Assembly (NCBI GenBank): GCA_030390025.1
Contig: CM059432.1
Coordinates: 28,770,001-28,834,000 of the forward strand
Source: Squalus acanthias
Taxonomy: Eukaryota
Direction: 5' to 3'
Length of the DNA stretch: 64,000 bases
In this document: piece by piece, positions 1 to 10,660 of the stretch
Numbering within the stretch: the first letter of the stretch is position 1
How the letters are laid out: each line of letters starts with the position of its first letter
Position numbers and translations under genes: made by a program
The notes under the pieces: generated by a model
Databases searched by the model: none
What the model was told of the DNA's origin: nothing
The model's input: the letters and a program-made list of their open reading frames with translations, nothing else

Positions 1-420
1 TAAGTGCCCTGTTATCATGTTCTTAATAGATTCTAGCATTTTCCTACTACTGATGTCAGGCTAACTGGTCTGTAGTTCCCCGTTTTCTCTCTCCCTCCTT
101 TCTTAAATAGTGGGGTTACATTTGCTACCTTCCAATCCGCGGGAACCGTTCTAGAATCTATGGAATTTTGGAAGATGACAACCAATGCATCCACTATCTC
201 TATAGCCATCTCTTTTAAAACCCTAGGATGTAGGCCATCAGGTCCAGGGGATTTATCGGCTTTCAGTCCCATTAATTTCTCCAGTACTACTTTTTTACTA
301 ATACTAATTCTTTCAGTTCCTCATTCGGACTAGACCCTTGGTTCTCCACTATTTACGGAATGTTTTTTGCGTCTTCTTCTGTGAAGACAGACACAAAGTA
401 TTTGTTTAATTTCTCTGCCA
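1..420 (-). mobile_element. CR1 LINE ORF2 fragment (pre-RT region)
   Basis: ORF 33-272 KSPGPDGLHPRVLKE...NYRPVSLTSVVGK, homologous to ORF2 at 10636-13500. Confidence 0.9.
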
Positions 421-693
421 TATAAAGTGCAGAGAGAGAGGTTGATGTTTTCGGTGCAGTTAAAGCCTAAAGCAAGACGATATTCTGTTGCTTATCGGAG
501 TCACAAGGAAGATTCTGTAGCTAAAGCATAATCTAAAGTTAGGTTTTTTGTACCGTATCCCATTTCTGATGAAGGGTCGGTCGTACCTGAACCGTTAACC
601 CATCTTATTCAGATGCATTGCCTCCATTTTCTATTCTTATTCAGATTCAATTTTATGCCAACAAAAGGATTCAATGACAGGATAATCACTTAC

Positions 694-808
694 GGTCAGT
701 CAATTCTACCAACTGTTCTTGCAGTGTGATGGAGGCATTGTACGTTCGGAACACTTTGGCAGTGAGCCCCTCCATCAACTCCTGAAGGTGCTTGTTCAGA
801 TCAGAGGT
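694..808 (-). CDS. TOP1MT: Topoisomerase IB core exon, 115 bp ([38 protein letters not shown]); gene continues left of the window
   Basis: TAG acceptor, GTAAGT donor; KVFRTYNAS catalytic Arg (R590 equivalent); LQEL and LQEQL are TOP1MT type. Confidence 0.98.
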
Positions 809-1005
809 CTAAAGATAGAAAATAAAACTCATTAGTTCTTTTTCTTAGCTCCAGAAAGATGTTTTGTTTAGTCTATGGTTGGTGGTAGTAAGCTGATCTA
901 AACAGATTCCTTTCAGCATTAATTCGTACAGGTATACATGAGGGTAGAAAAAACTGAGCATTAGATAAATGTACATTAGTGAGATTCACAAAAAACAAAA
1001 CATAC

Positions 1006-1074
1006 GTTCAATCTGTCAAACAGGTCATCTGCAGGATCCTTATTCTCCATGAATAATTTTAGATTCTTGAACAC
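1006..1074 (-). CDS. TOP1MT: Topoisomerase IB core exon, 69 bp (VFKNLKLFMENKDPADDLFDRLN)
   Basis: CAG acceptor, GTATG donor; NKDP..DLFDRL. Confidence 0.97.
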
Positions 1075-1149
1075 CTGGGAGAAAGAAATACAAGTAACAT
1101 CACTAAGGAATTGTATATGCTGCACAAATACAGGCATAAGAAAGAAACA

Positions 1150-2955
1150 AAGAACTTGCAATTATATAGCTCCTTTCACGACCACAGGATGTCCCAAAGC
1201 ACTTTATAGCCAATTAAGAACTTTTGAAGTACAGTCACTGTTGTAATGTAGGAAATGCAGGCGTCAAATTGCGCACAGGAAGGTCCTGCAAACAGCAATG
1301 AGATATATAAGCAAATTTTTTTTTGTTGATATTGGTTGAGGGATAAATATTGGCCAGGACACCGGGGAGAACTCCCTTGCTCTTCTTCGAATAATCCCGT
1401 AGGATCTCTTATGTCCACCCAAGAGAGCAGACGGGTTCTTGGTTTAACATTTCATCGGAAAGACAACACCTCTGACAGTGTAGCACTCCCCCAGTACTGC
1501 AGTGAAGTGTCAGCCTGGATTATAAGAACATAAGAAATAGGAGCAGGAGTAGGCCATTCGGCCCCTCGAGCCTGCTTCGCTCTTCAATAAGATCATGGCT
1601 GATCTTATATCTCAACTCCACTTTCCTGCACAATCCCCATATCCCTTGATTCCCTTAATATTCAAAAATCTATCGATCTCTGTCTTGAATATACTCAACG
1701 ACTGAGCCTCCACAGCCCTCTGGGGTAGAGAATTCCAAAGATTCACCACCCTCTGAGTGAAGAAATTTCTCCTCATCAGTCCTAAATGGCCGACCCCTTA
1801 TTCTGAGACTGTGACCCTTAGTTCTAGACTCCCCAGCCAGGGGAAACATCCTCCCTGCATCTACCCTGTCAAGCCCTGTAAGAATTTTGTATGTTTCAAT
1901 GAGATCACCTCTCATTCTTCTAAACTCCAGAGAATATAGGCCAAGTCTACTCAATCTCTCCTCATGGGACAATCCCCCCATCCCAAGAACCAGTCTGGTG
2001 AACCTTCGTTGCACTCCCTCTATGGCAAGTATATCATTCTTTTGGCAAGGAGACCAAAACTGTACACAATACTCCAGGTGTAGTCTCCCCAGGGCCCTAT
2101 ATAATTGCAGTAAGACATCTTTACTTTCATACTCAATCCTCTTGCAATAAATGCTAACATACCATTTGCTTTCCTAATTGCTTGCTGTACCTGCATGTTC
2201 ACTTTCAGTGATTAGTGTACAAGGACACCCAGGTCCCTCTGAACACCAACATTTCCCAATCTCCCACCATTTAAAAAATGTTCCTGCCCACTCACTTAGC
2301 CTGTCTATATACCCTTGAAGCCTCTTTGCATCCTCCTCACAACTTACATGCCCACCTAGCTTTGTATCAGCAGCAATCTTGGATATATATTACATTTGGT
2401 CCCCTCATCCAAATCATTGATATAAATTAATAGCTGAGGCCCAAGCACTAATCCTTGCGGTACCCCACCTGTTACAGCCTGCCAACCCGAAAATGACACG
2501 TTTATTCCTACTCTCTGTTTTCTGTCCGTTAACCAATCCTCAATCCATGCTAGTATATTACCCCCAATCCCATGAGCCCTAATTTTGTTTAATAACCTCG
2601 TGTAGCACCTTATCGAATGCCTTCTGAAAATCCAAATACACTACATCCACTGGTTCCCCCTTATCTATTCTGCTAGTTACAACCTCAAAAAACTAACATT
2701 CGTCAAACATGATTTCCCTTTCATAAATCCGTGTTGACTCTGCCCAATCCTATTATTATTTTCGAAGTGCCCTGTTACCACGTCCTTAATAATATATTCT
2801 AGCATTTTCCCCTACTACTGATGTCAGGCTAACTGGTCTGTAGTTCCCGTTTTCTCTCCCTCCTTTCTTATATGCTCAAGTCTCTGGAGTGGGCTTGAAC
2901 CCACAACCTACTGACTCAGAGGGGAGAACGCTACAAACTGAGCCATGGCTGACAT
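1150..2955 (-). mobile_element. tRNA-derived (Deu-type) SINE split by a CR1 insertion; SINE parts about 1150-1520 and 2869-2955
   Basis: Reverse complement of the SINE at 53921-54340; the tRNA head is at 2870-2955. Confidence 0.8.
1522..2868 (-). mobile_element. 5'-truncated degenerate CR1 LINE (RT C-terminus + 3' UTR)
   Basis: QRRFTRL...RRMRGDLIETYKI; TTCTTATG-type 3' tail at about 1522-1540. Confidence 0.92.
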
Positions 2956-3261
2956 TTTATGAGGCATAGTCATATAATGAGGAAAGACCATGTGATGTCC
3001 AGAGTGTTTCATTATAATCCAGGACCAGAATCACAGGATTGCAGTCACTAGGATTTTAGTAAAGTTCAATACTCCTATTATGCCCACTACAAAAAAGTAC
3101 TCAGATCCAATTATAGATGTAGTTCTTCCAAATTTGGGTTATGTTTGGACCGCATCTTGAAGTATTTAACACTCATTGAGTTAGTGGTGGAGGCAACCTG
3201 CGATGCAACTAATCAGAGGTGATGAATTAAGAGCACCTCTTCTAATGGCTCAGAGGATTTA

Positions 3262-3403
3262 TGATGCGGAGATGCCGGTGTTGGACTGGGGTGGACAAAA
3301 TTGAGAGGTCGCACAACACCAGAGGAAGGAGCGATAGCTCCGAAAGCTTGTGATTTCAAATAAAACTGTTGGACTATAACCTGGTGTTGTGCGACCTCTC
3401 AAT
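3262..3403 (-). mobile_element. Penelope-like (pLTR-end) short insertion with internal inversion
   Basis: 12-bp TSD tcagaggattta (3250-3261, 3404-3415); 24-bp inverted repeat aattgagaggtcgcacaacaccag; shares a fixed end with the 5537 and 53639 copies. Family assignment is inference. Confidence 0.7.
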
Positions 3404-3840
3404 TCAGAGGATTTAGCCAGAGTAACTAAGTCACACAGACCAGGAAGGTCCTAGCTCACTAGGATTCTCACTTCTGATTGTTATGCAGTGGACCCTGTTG
3501 GAAGTGGATGTCTGGGGAGGACAGAATTGGGGTCAGCTATAATGTTTCATGCAATCTAGTGACCCCATCCGCTGTTCCAAAAATTTCAAATCCAATCATC
3601 TTCATGTTAACCAAAGGCTTACACTAAAATCAAATGACAAAAGTTAGCACACACTTTTCACTGTGCTCTGCAGTTTTCACAATACATCATTTTTGACATG
3701 TGCCAAGTACTTAATTGGCTGTAAAAAGCACTTTGGGACGTCTGGTGGTCGTGAAAGGCGATATATAAATGCAAGTCTTTCTCAAGTCCACAGTATTCAA
3801 TTTACTGTTGAACCAGCTGATGATATAGTTGTGACATTAT

Positions 3841-3863
3841 AGATATAGAGAGAGAGAGAGAGA
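3841..3863. repeat. (AT)/(AG)n microsatellite
   Basis: agatatagagagagagagagaga. Confidence 0.8.
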
Positions 3864-5114
3864 GGCTAGAACACAAGTTGCTGAACTGTTGGGACCAAGA
3901 GAACACCATACCAAGGAAGATAACTAGTCAAGGATGACTAATGTAGGATGCAAGGTTAGATATTCTAGAATTTTGCTCAATTCCCCTTTGGGGCAGGTCT
4001 GGGAGAAAATCTTGCGGAATCCTACCTCGGGAGATTACATTTTCTGGATCGAGTCTGGGCTAGATTGTTACACTATCTGTAAAAGGAATTAGCAACTAAT
4101 AGGATTAACGGTCGTTTCTCAAACCGACCTTGTGTTCTTAAAGAATGTGGTATAATTTCCCCCCCCCGCCACATTCACTTCTCACAAAACTAGGAGGAAC
4201 AATTCCCTTGTTACGAATCCATTCAGTGAAAATCTGAGAACTAGGATCGATATTCATAGCTTGGCTATTTGAGTATTAGCACAGAGCATAAGTGCACCAA
4301 ACCAGAGTGGTATGATGTAGGCTGTGCTTTTGATTGCACCTCACAGTAAGTTCACAATCTCAACTACGATGTCTGGCAGGGGCTCGGTGTTTCAGCAGGT
4401 AACTGGTGTAGTACCAAAAGTCTTACACATCAGAAAGGTCCTGTGCTGCCAATTTAGCCAATTGCAAATGCAACAGGGACAAGGGATTAAAAATTTGCCT
4501 TGGTATCCTCAGATTTGGAGAAGCAAGGACGATAAAATCCCAAAAGGCTACCCATCACTTTCCAGCAACCGTACTGGGAATACACATGTACGGGCAGGGT
4601 TCAGGTTTGGCTGTAGTGCTCCACTATGACCAAATAACCTGCTACACTCATTGTCTCACTCGCATTAGTGTATAGCTTGATGGGGATGGGTAGCTCTCTG
4701 GTGCTATTCTTAATGCGAGTCCAGACAAATTTTGTCACCAGTACATGAAAACTGAGCCAGATCTCATCCTCACCCAAGATTCCCATTTTCAGCAACACTC
4801 AACAGCAATCAGGAGATGACGACAATTTCCCTTCAGTAGCTCAGACATCAAGGTCAATTTAGCAACCTCATTGTAGTCCCCTCGACTCAGCTCAACATAG
4901 GCCATGTTGCTGGTCTGTGTGACTCAGTACTGCACCATTTGACACAGTCACAACTGAACCACTGAAGGAGTTTGTATAGATTTGAACAATCATATTTTTG
5001 GTTCTAAACAGCCATTAATGAAATATAATTGAATCAACCAAATTAAGGCAGGTTAAGATGCTGAATGGTGTTACGTAGTGTATTTGCATTTCTTACTAGA
5101 GATACAGTCTGTAC

Positions 5115-5300
5115 CTGTTTTTCCACTGGAACCTCGTTGTAGTATCTAATAGAGTCCTTTCCCAGGAAGTCAAATTCTACCACACACTGCAATCCACCAT
5201 GGCTTTCATGCAATTTAATATGCTCAACACGGAGTGAGCAGCAACCAACTGTATCGGCAGTCTCTCCTTCTTCCTTCTCATTCCCAGCTCTCAACGCTAG
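5115..5300 (-). CDS. TOP1MT: Topoisomerase IB core exon, 186 bp ([62 protein letters not shown])
   Basis: TAG acceptor, CAG|GTACAG donor; carries catalytic Arg (LALRAGN) and Lys (GKDSI), equivalent to human TOP1 R488/K532. Confidence 0.98.
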
Positions 5301-5536
5301 CTACAGAAGCACAGAAAAATAAGCTACTTAATTAAAGTGCAGTTAAAAAGTAACCATATTGAATGAAATACAACTATCCAATCATTGCCCATGCATTGCA
5401 GTTTGAAGGAACTTATTCAATCTTCCTCCATTATTGGGATGACAATGATGTGACGCAACAGTGAGCAATTCCAGATGCTGTCTTCTCCCCCCACCCCACC
5501 CACACAAATTGTCCACCTTTATCCTTTTTCTTAATG

Positions 5537-5743
5537 CGGAGATGCCGGCGTTGGACTGGGGTGGACAAAAAATGAGAAATCGCACAACACCAGGTTATAG
5601 TCCAACAGATTTATTTAAAATTACAAGCTTTCGGAGCTGTCGCCCCTTCCTCAGGTAAAAGTTATCATTGTAACTTTACCTGAGGAAGGGGCGACAGCTC
5701 CGAAAGCTTGTAATTTTAAATAAATCTGTTGGACTATAACCTG
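5537..5743 (-). mobile_element. Penelope-like short insertion forming a ~73-bp-arm hairpin
   Basis: 13-bp TSD ctttttcttaatg (5524-5536, 5744-5756); arms 5591-5664 and 5671-5743; CTGAGGA-stem-GAAA motif. Confidence 0.75.
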
Positions 5744-8419
5744 CTTTTTCTTAATGACCTGGCTAACACTGCACTCTAGGTTCTACGTTAGTGGTGTCCA
5801 ACCTGCAGCTCTCCCAAGACCTGGCAATTTGCTCCATGGAGCCCGAGCTTACTTTGTGCTCAAGTCTTATTTGCTGGCTTGGCCTGGAGTTAGTAAACAG
5901 ATGTTTTATTAGTAGATAAATACAAAATCCTGACAGCAAGATCTTTTGATATCAGAAAAGTGATATATATACACAAATTAATGGAAATGCGGTTATGAAC
6001 ACCAATGCTTTATAGTGATGTGGTCCACAAGAAGAAAAGCACATATTTAAAACTATTTCCAACTGCTGCCTCCAAAACTGTAGCTTAGTAACTGCACCAT
6101 GTAGCATAGTACAGAGTCATAAAGAGCAAGAAGGATCCAGTCCCTGGTCTGTGTCTAGTCAGCTCATCACAGCTATGAAATAGCAAGGTTATGAATGAAT
6201 AGGAAGGGAGATAAAATATGATAGAAGTGTTTTAAATTATGAAAGGATGGGACAGAGAGCATCGCGGGAGACCCAAGCAGCATAAATACAGCGCAGGCGC
6301 AGCAAGAGCATCGCATAACAATCACAGGGAGAAAAAGTGAAGAAGTAACCTCACAACCAGGCGGAGCACAAGGAATTACAGGTAAGTATTTAGGATACGT
6401 GTTTGGCAGTTAGTGTTGCGTTAGTTTAAGAATTTAGTTTATTGGTTAGTGCTTAATGGTTAGTTTTTTTTAAGTGGTTAGAGTTTGTGTTTGCTAAACA
6501 GTTAAACAGCCATAAAGCTAAACAAACAATTTTAAATTACTGTTAGCCAACATGGCAGGACAGCTGGGGTCAGTCGCATGCACATCATGTGGGAACTCCA
6601 CAACACAAGGAAGTGCCACCAACTGCTCGAGCTCGAAGTTTGAGCTTGAGGGCAGTTGGCGTCACTACAGTGCATACAGGAAGCTAAGAGTTTTGTGGAT
6701 AGCATGTTTCAGGAGGTGGTCACCCTGCAGCTACAGAGAGTTTGGGCGGCGAGGGAGTGGGTGACCACCAGGCAGACTAGGAGGAAAAGGCAGGCAATGT
6801 AGGAATCCCTGGGAGTGTGGCACTCAAACCGATATTTAGTGTTGAATACCAGCGAGGGTGAGGACACCTTGGGGGAGTGCAGTCGGAAACAAATCCACAG
6901 CACTGAGTGAGGCTTGGCTGCAAGGGGGGGGGGGGGCACTGCAGTTGTTAGAAGTTTCAATAGTCATTGGAGTAGACAAGCATTTCTGCAACAACAGATG
7001 CGGTGTGTTGCCTTCCTGGTACCAGGGTAAAGGATATCACTGAACAGATGAAGGACATTCTGTGAGGGGAAGGTTAATAGCCAAAAGTTGTGGTCCATAT
7101 TGGAACCAATGACAAAATTAGGAAAAGGGTTGAGGTCCTACAGACAGACTTTCAGCAGCTAGGAAAGAGATTAAACAACTGGACCTCAAAAGGTGGTAAT
7201 CACTGATTACTCCCAGTGCTACGTGCTAGTGAGTACAGAAACAGGAAAATAGTGCAGGTGAATGTGTGGCTGGAGAAGTGGTGCAGGAGGGAGGGCTTCA
7301 GATTCCTGGGGCATTTGGACCAGTTCTGGGGCAGGAGGAACCTGTGCAAGCTGGGACCAACGTGCTGGCAAAGAGGTTAACTAATGCTGTGGGGGAAGAG
7401 TTTAAACTAATTTTACAGGGGGAGGGGCACCAGAATGCAGCAGCAGAGAGGAGACAAGGTGCATAGAAAACTAGGAGGGTCAAACAGCAACAGAACAAAA
7501 AATAGTGTAGAAAGTGCAGGAAGCAAATGGAGAAAAAGTAAAGCAGACTAGCATGGTGTTGGAATGCATGTGTGTTAATGCAAGGAGTGTTACAAATAAG
7601 GTGAGGAGCTACAGGCGCAAGTTGCCACATAGGATTATGATAATAGTGGCTATAACAGAAACCTGGCTTAAACATGGGTAGGAATGGGAACTAGACATTC
7701 TTGGCTACAATGTATTCAGGAGGGATAGGGAAGCGAAGGGAAAAGAAAGGGGCGAGGTGGCAGTATTGATCAAGGATAATATTACAGTTCTATAGAGGGT
7801 TCAAAGACTGAATATATTTGATTAGAGTTAAGAAACAGAAAAGGAGCTGTTACATTGCTGGGTGTTTAATATAGACCCCCAAATAGCACGAAGAAGATAG
7901 AGGAGCAAATCTGTAGGCAAATTTCAGAGAAATGTAAAAATAATAGAGCAGTAATAGCAGGGAATTTTAATTACCGTAACACAGACTGGGAGAAAAAAGA
8001 GAGTAAAGGAGGGTGAAGAATTCTTAAATTGCGTACACAAGAACTTTCTTAATCAATATGTTTCTAGCCCAATGAGGAATGAAGCAGTGCTGGATCTAGT
8101 TCTGGGGAATGAAGTAGGGCAAGTGGAGTGTGTTTCAGTGGGAGAACATCTGGATAATAGTGAGCATAATATAATTAGGTTTAAAGTAGTTATGGAAAGG
8201 GACAAAGAAAAATCAAAGGTGAAAATAGCAAACGAGAATAGAGCCAATTTCAGTAACTTGAGAAGGGATCTAGCACAGGCGAACTGGAAAAAAAGATTGG
8301 CCAGTAAAACAGTAAATAAGCAAAGGTAGACCTTCAAGGTGGAGATAGTTTGGATAAAAACCAAGCATATTCCCATAAGGAGGAAAGATAAGGCATCCAA
8401 AGCTGGATGACAAAGGAAA

Positions 8420-8720
8420 GTGTCGGGAGCGGAGAGAGCAGCAGCACAGTGAGTATTTAAACTCACTTTCGCGGGCTTTTTTTTGCAGAGGCCAGTGTCG
8501 GGAGCGGAGAGAGCAGCAGCACAGTGAGTATTTAAACTCACTTTCGCGGGCTTTTTTTTGCAGAGGCCAGTGTCGGGAGCGGAGAGAGCAGCAGCACAGT
8601 GAGTATTTAAACTCACTTTCGCGGGCTTTTTTTTTGCAGAGGCCAGTGTCGGGAGCGGAGAGAGCAGCAGCACAGTGAGTATTTAAACTCACTTTCGCGG
8701 GCTTTTTTTTGCAGAGGCCA
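8420..8720 (+). repeat. Four tandem 75-76 bp monomers at the LINE 5' end
   Basis: Units start at 8420, 8495, 8570, 8646 (partial at 8721); identical except T-run length. Confidence 0.97.
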
Positions 8721-9183
8721 GTGTCCGGAGTGACGAGACCGGAAGCGGACCAGGTGGGAAGCTCCCAGGTGAACAGCATTTAAGGAGGGTGGTGGCTTAA
8801 ACCCGAGTTCCTACAGAGTAGGAACCCCCACCCGCCCTCCTCCTCTAACCTACTAGTCTTTTAGCAGTCTAAAAACAGAGGTCACAAATTTTTTGGTCTC
8901 AGTTTCTTTTCAGCAGGGCAGGAACCGGGAGGAGCGGGAAGTCGGCGTAGGACCAAGGGGACACAAGACCGGGAAGTCAGCGAAAGACCAGGGAGGTAAG
9001 ACTAACTGGTAAGTACTTTCCTCAAACCTTCCTAGAAAGTAAAACTAAAACTAGTGGGATTTGGTTAGTTTAAAAAGGAATAAGAGGAGTACAGTATACA
9101 TTGGTCTAAGTAAGCTTCGGGAAAACAAAAGTCAATAAATAAACTAAAACTAGAAAATTAAAAAGTAATATAAGGGTTAAGTC

Positions 9184-10131
9184 ATGGCAGTAGAGCTCGG
9201 ACCTGTGTCATGCTCCTCCTGTAACATGTGGGAAATCAGGGACGCTTCCTGTGTCCCTGACAACCATGTGTGCGGGAAGTGTGTCCAGCTGCAGCTCATG
9301 TGGGACCGCATGACGGCCCTTGAGCTGCGGATGGACTCACTTTGGAGCATCCACGATTCTGAGAGGGTTGTGGATAACACATTTAGTGAGTTGGTCACAC
9401 CGCAGGTTAAGGCCAGCGTAGATAGTACATGGGTGACCAAAAGGCAGAGCAAGGGCAGGAAGGTAGTGCAGAAATCCCCTGGGGTTGTCTCCCTTAGCAA
9501 CAGGTTCACCGCCTTAGGTGCTGTTGTCGGGGGGGATGACTCATCGGGGGAAGGCACCAGCAGCCAGGCTCATGGCACCATGACTGGCTCTGTTGCAAAG
9601 AAGGGAGGGAAAAAGAGTGGCAGGGCTATAGTAATAGGGGATTCGATTGTAAGGGGAATAGATAGGGGTTTCTGTGGTCGCGACCGAGACTCCAGGATGG
9701 TATGTTGCCTCCCTGGTGCAAGGGTCAAGGATGTCTCGGCGCGGGTGCAGAACATTCTGGAGGGGGAGGGGGAACAGCCAGTTGTCGTGATACATGTTGG
9801 TACCAACGACGTAGCTAAAAAAAGGGAAGAGGTCCTACAAGTAGAATTTAGGGAGTTAGGAGCCAAGCTAAAAAGTAGGACCTCGAAGGTAGTAATCTCT
9901 GGATTACTACCAGTGCCACGTGCTAGTAAGAGTACAGAGAACAGGATAGTTAGGCTAAATACGTGGCTTGAGCAGTGGTGTAAGAGGGAGGGTTTTAAAT
10001 TTTTGAGGCATTGGAACCAGTTTTGTGGTAGGTGTGACCTATACAAAAGGGACGGTCTACACCTGTGCAAAGATGGAACTGATGTTCTCGGGGTAATTTT
10101 TGATAAAGCAGTTCGGGAGCATTTAAACTAG
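9184..10131 (+). CDS. CR1 ORF1 protein: N-terminal Cys/zinc-finger and coiled-coil region + SGNH/GDSL esterase domain (315 aa)
   Basis: CxxC...CxxC; VIGDSIVR; CLPGA; HVGTND; DGLH - the established CR1 ORF1 esterase blocks. Confidence 0.93.
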   Translation: MAVELGPVSCSSCNMWEIRDASCVPDNHVCGKCVQLQLMWDRMTALELRMDSLWSIHDSERVVDNTFSELVTPQVKASVDSTWVTKRQSKGRKVVQKSPGVVSLSNRFTALGAVVGGDDSSGEGTSSQAHGTMTGSVAKKGGKKSGRAIVIGDSIVRGIDRGFCGRDRDSRMVCCLPGARVKDVSARVQNILEGEGEQPVVVIHVGTNDVAKKREEVLQVEFRELGAKLKSRTSKVVISGLLPVPRASKSTENRIVRLNTWLEQWCKREGFKFLRHWNQFCGRCDLYKRDGLHLCKDGTDVLGVIFDKAVREHLN

Positions 10132-10235
10132 TATGGCAGGGGGCTAGAAACCTATGTAGTGAAATAGAGGAAAGTGAAAGGCAGACAGAAATAAATGGTA
10201 AAAGGGTGAGGAACAAAAAACAAAGGGCCAAACTA

Positions 10236-10660
10236 CAGGAAACTTTCGTTTATCCGGCACCCAAATATCCGGAATTCTCGCTTAACCGGCAAAAATCATC
10301 CTCCGAAAACTCCTCTCAAATAACCGGCAATGTTGCCGAGTCGCAGTCGAGTCTCCGCGAACGCCGAGTGCTCCGAAAAATCCTCTCAAATAACCGGCAA
10401 TGTTGCCGATCCCGAGTCCGAGTCTGAGTCCGCGAACGCCGATTTAGTCAGTAGGGGTACTTTTCAAAAGTGCCACTACTCGGCCTCCTGGCGCTGTCGC
10501 AAGTCCGAAACATTGCAGTAGCATGAGTAGATTCTCCCGTGCTGCTTGGAGTCTCTTTGTTAAAAATAGCCTCGGTAGATATAACTCTCTGTTATCCGGT
10601 ACTTTCGATAAACCGGCACCACGCCGGTCCCGTCGATGCCGGATAAACGAAAGTTTCCTG
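10236..10660. mobile_element. 425-bp non-autonomous Tc1/mariner-superfamily (pogo/Tigger-like) MITE
   Basis: Perfect 24-bp TIRs caggaaactttcgtttatccggca (10236-10259, 10637-10660); TA at 10234-10235 and 10661-10662; subterminal WTATCCGG/TAACCGG repeats; internal ~40-bp direct repeat; CpG-rich. Confidence 0.93.

Noticed and set aside
565..600. CTGATGA...GAAC hammerhead-like motif
   Set aside because: Core is degenerate (GAAC rather than GAAA, weak stem); decayed repeat remnant
4324..4798. 101- and 65-aa ORFs in the intron
   Set aside because: No motifs; the region resembles decayed SINE-like repeats seen elsewhere in the window
8420..8720. Possible CRISPR-like array
   Set aside because: Head-to-tail identical units without unique spacers; eukaryotic LINE 5' UTR
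8053..8779. Minus-strand ORFs of 206 and 169 aa with repeated peptides
   Set aside because: Artefact of 75-bp (multiple of 3) tandem monomers read antisense
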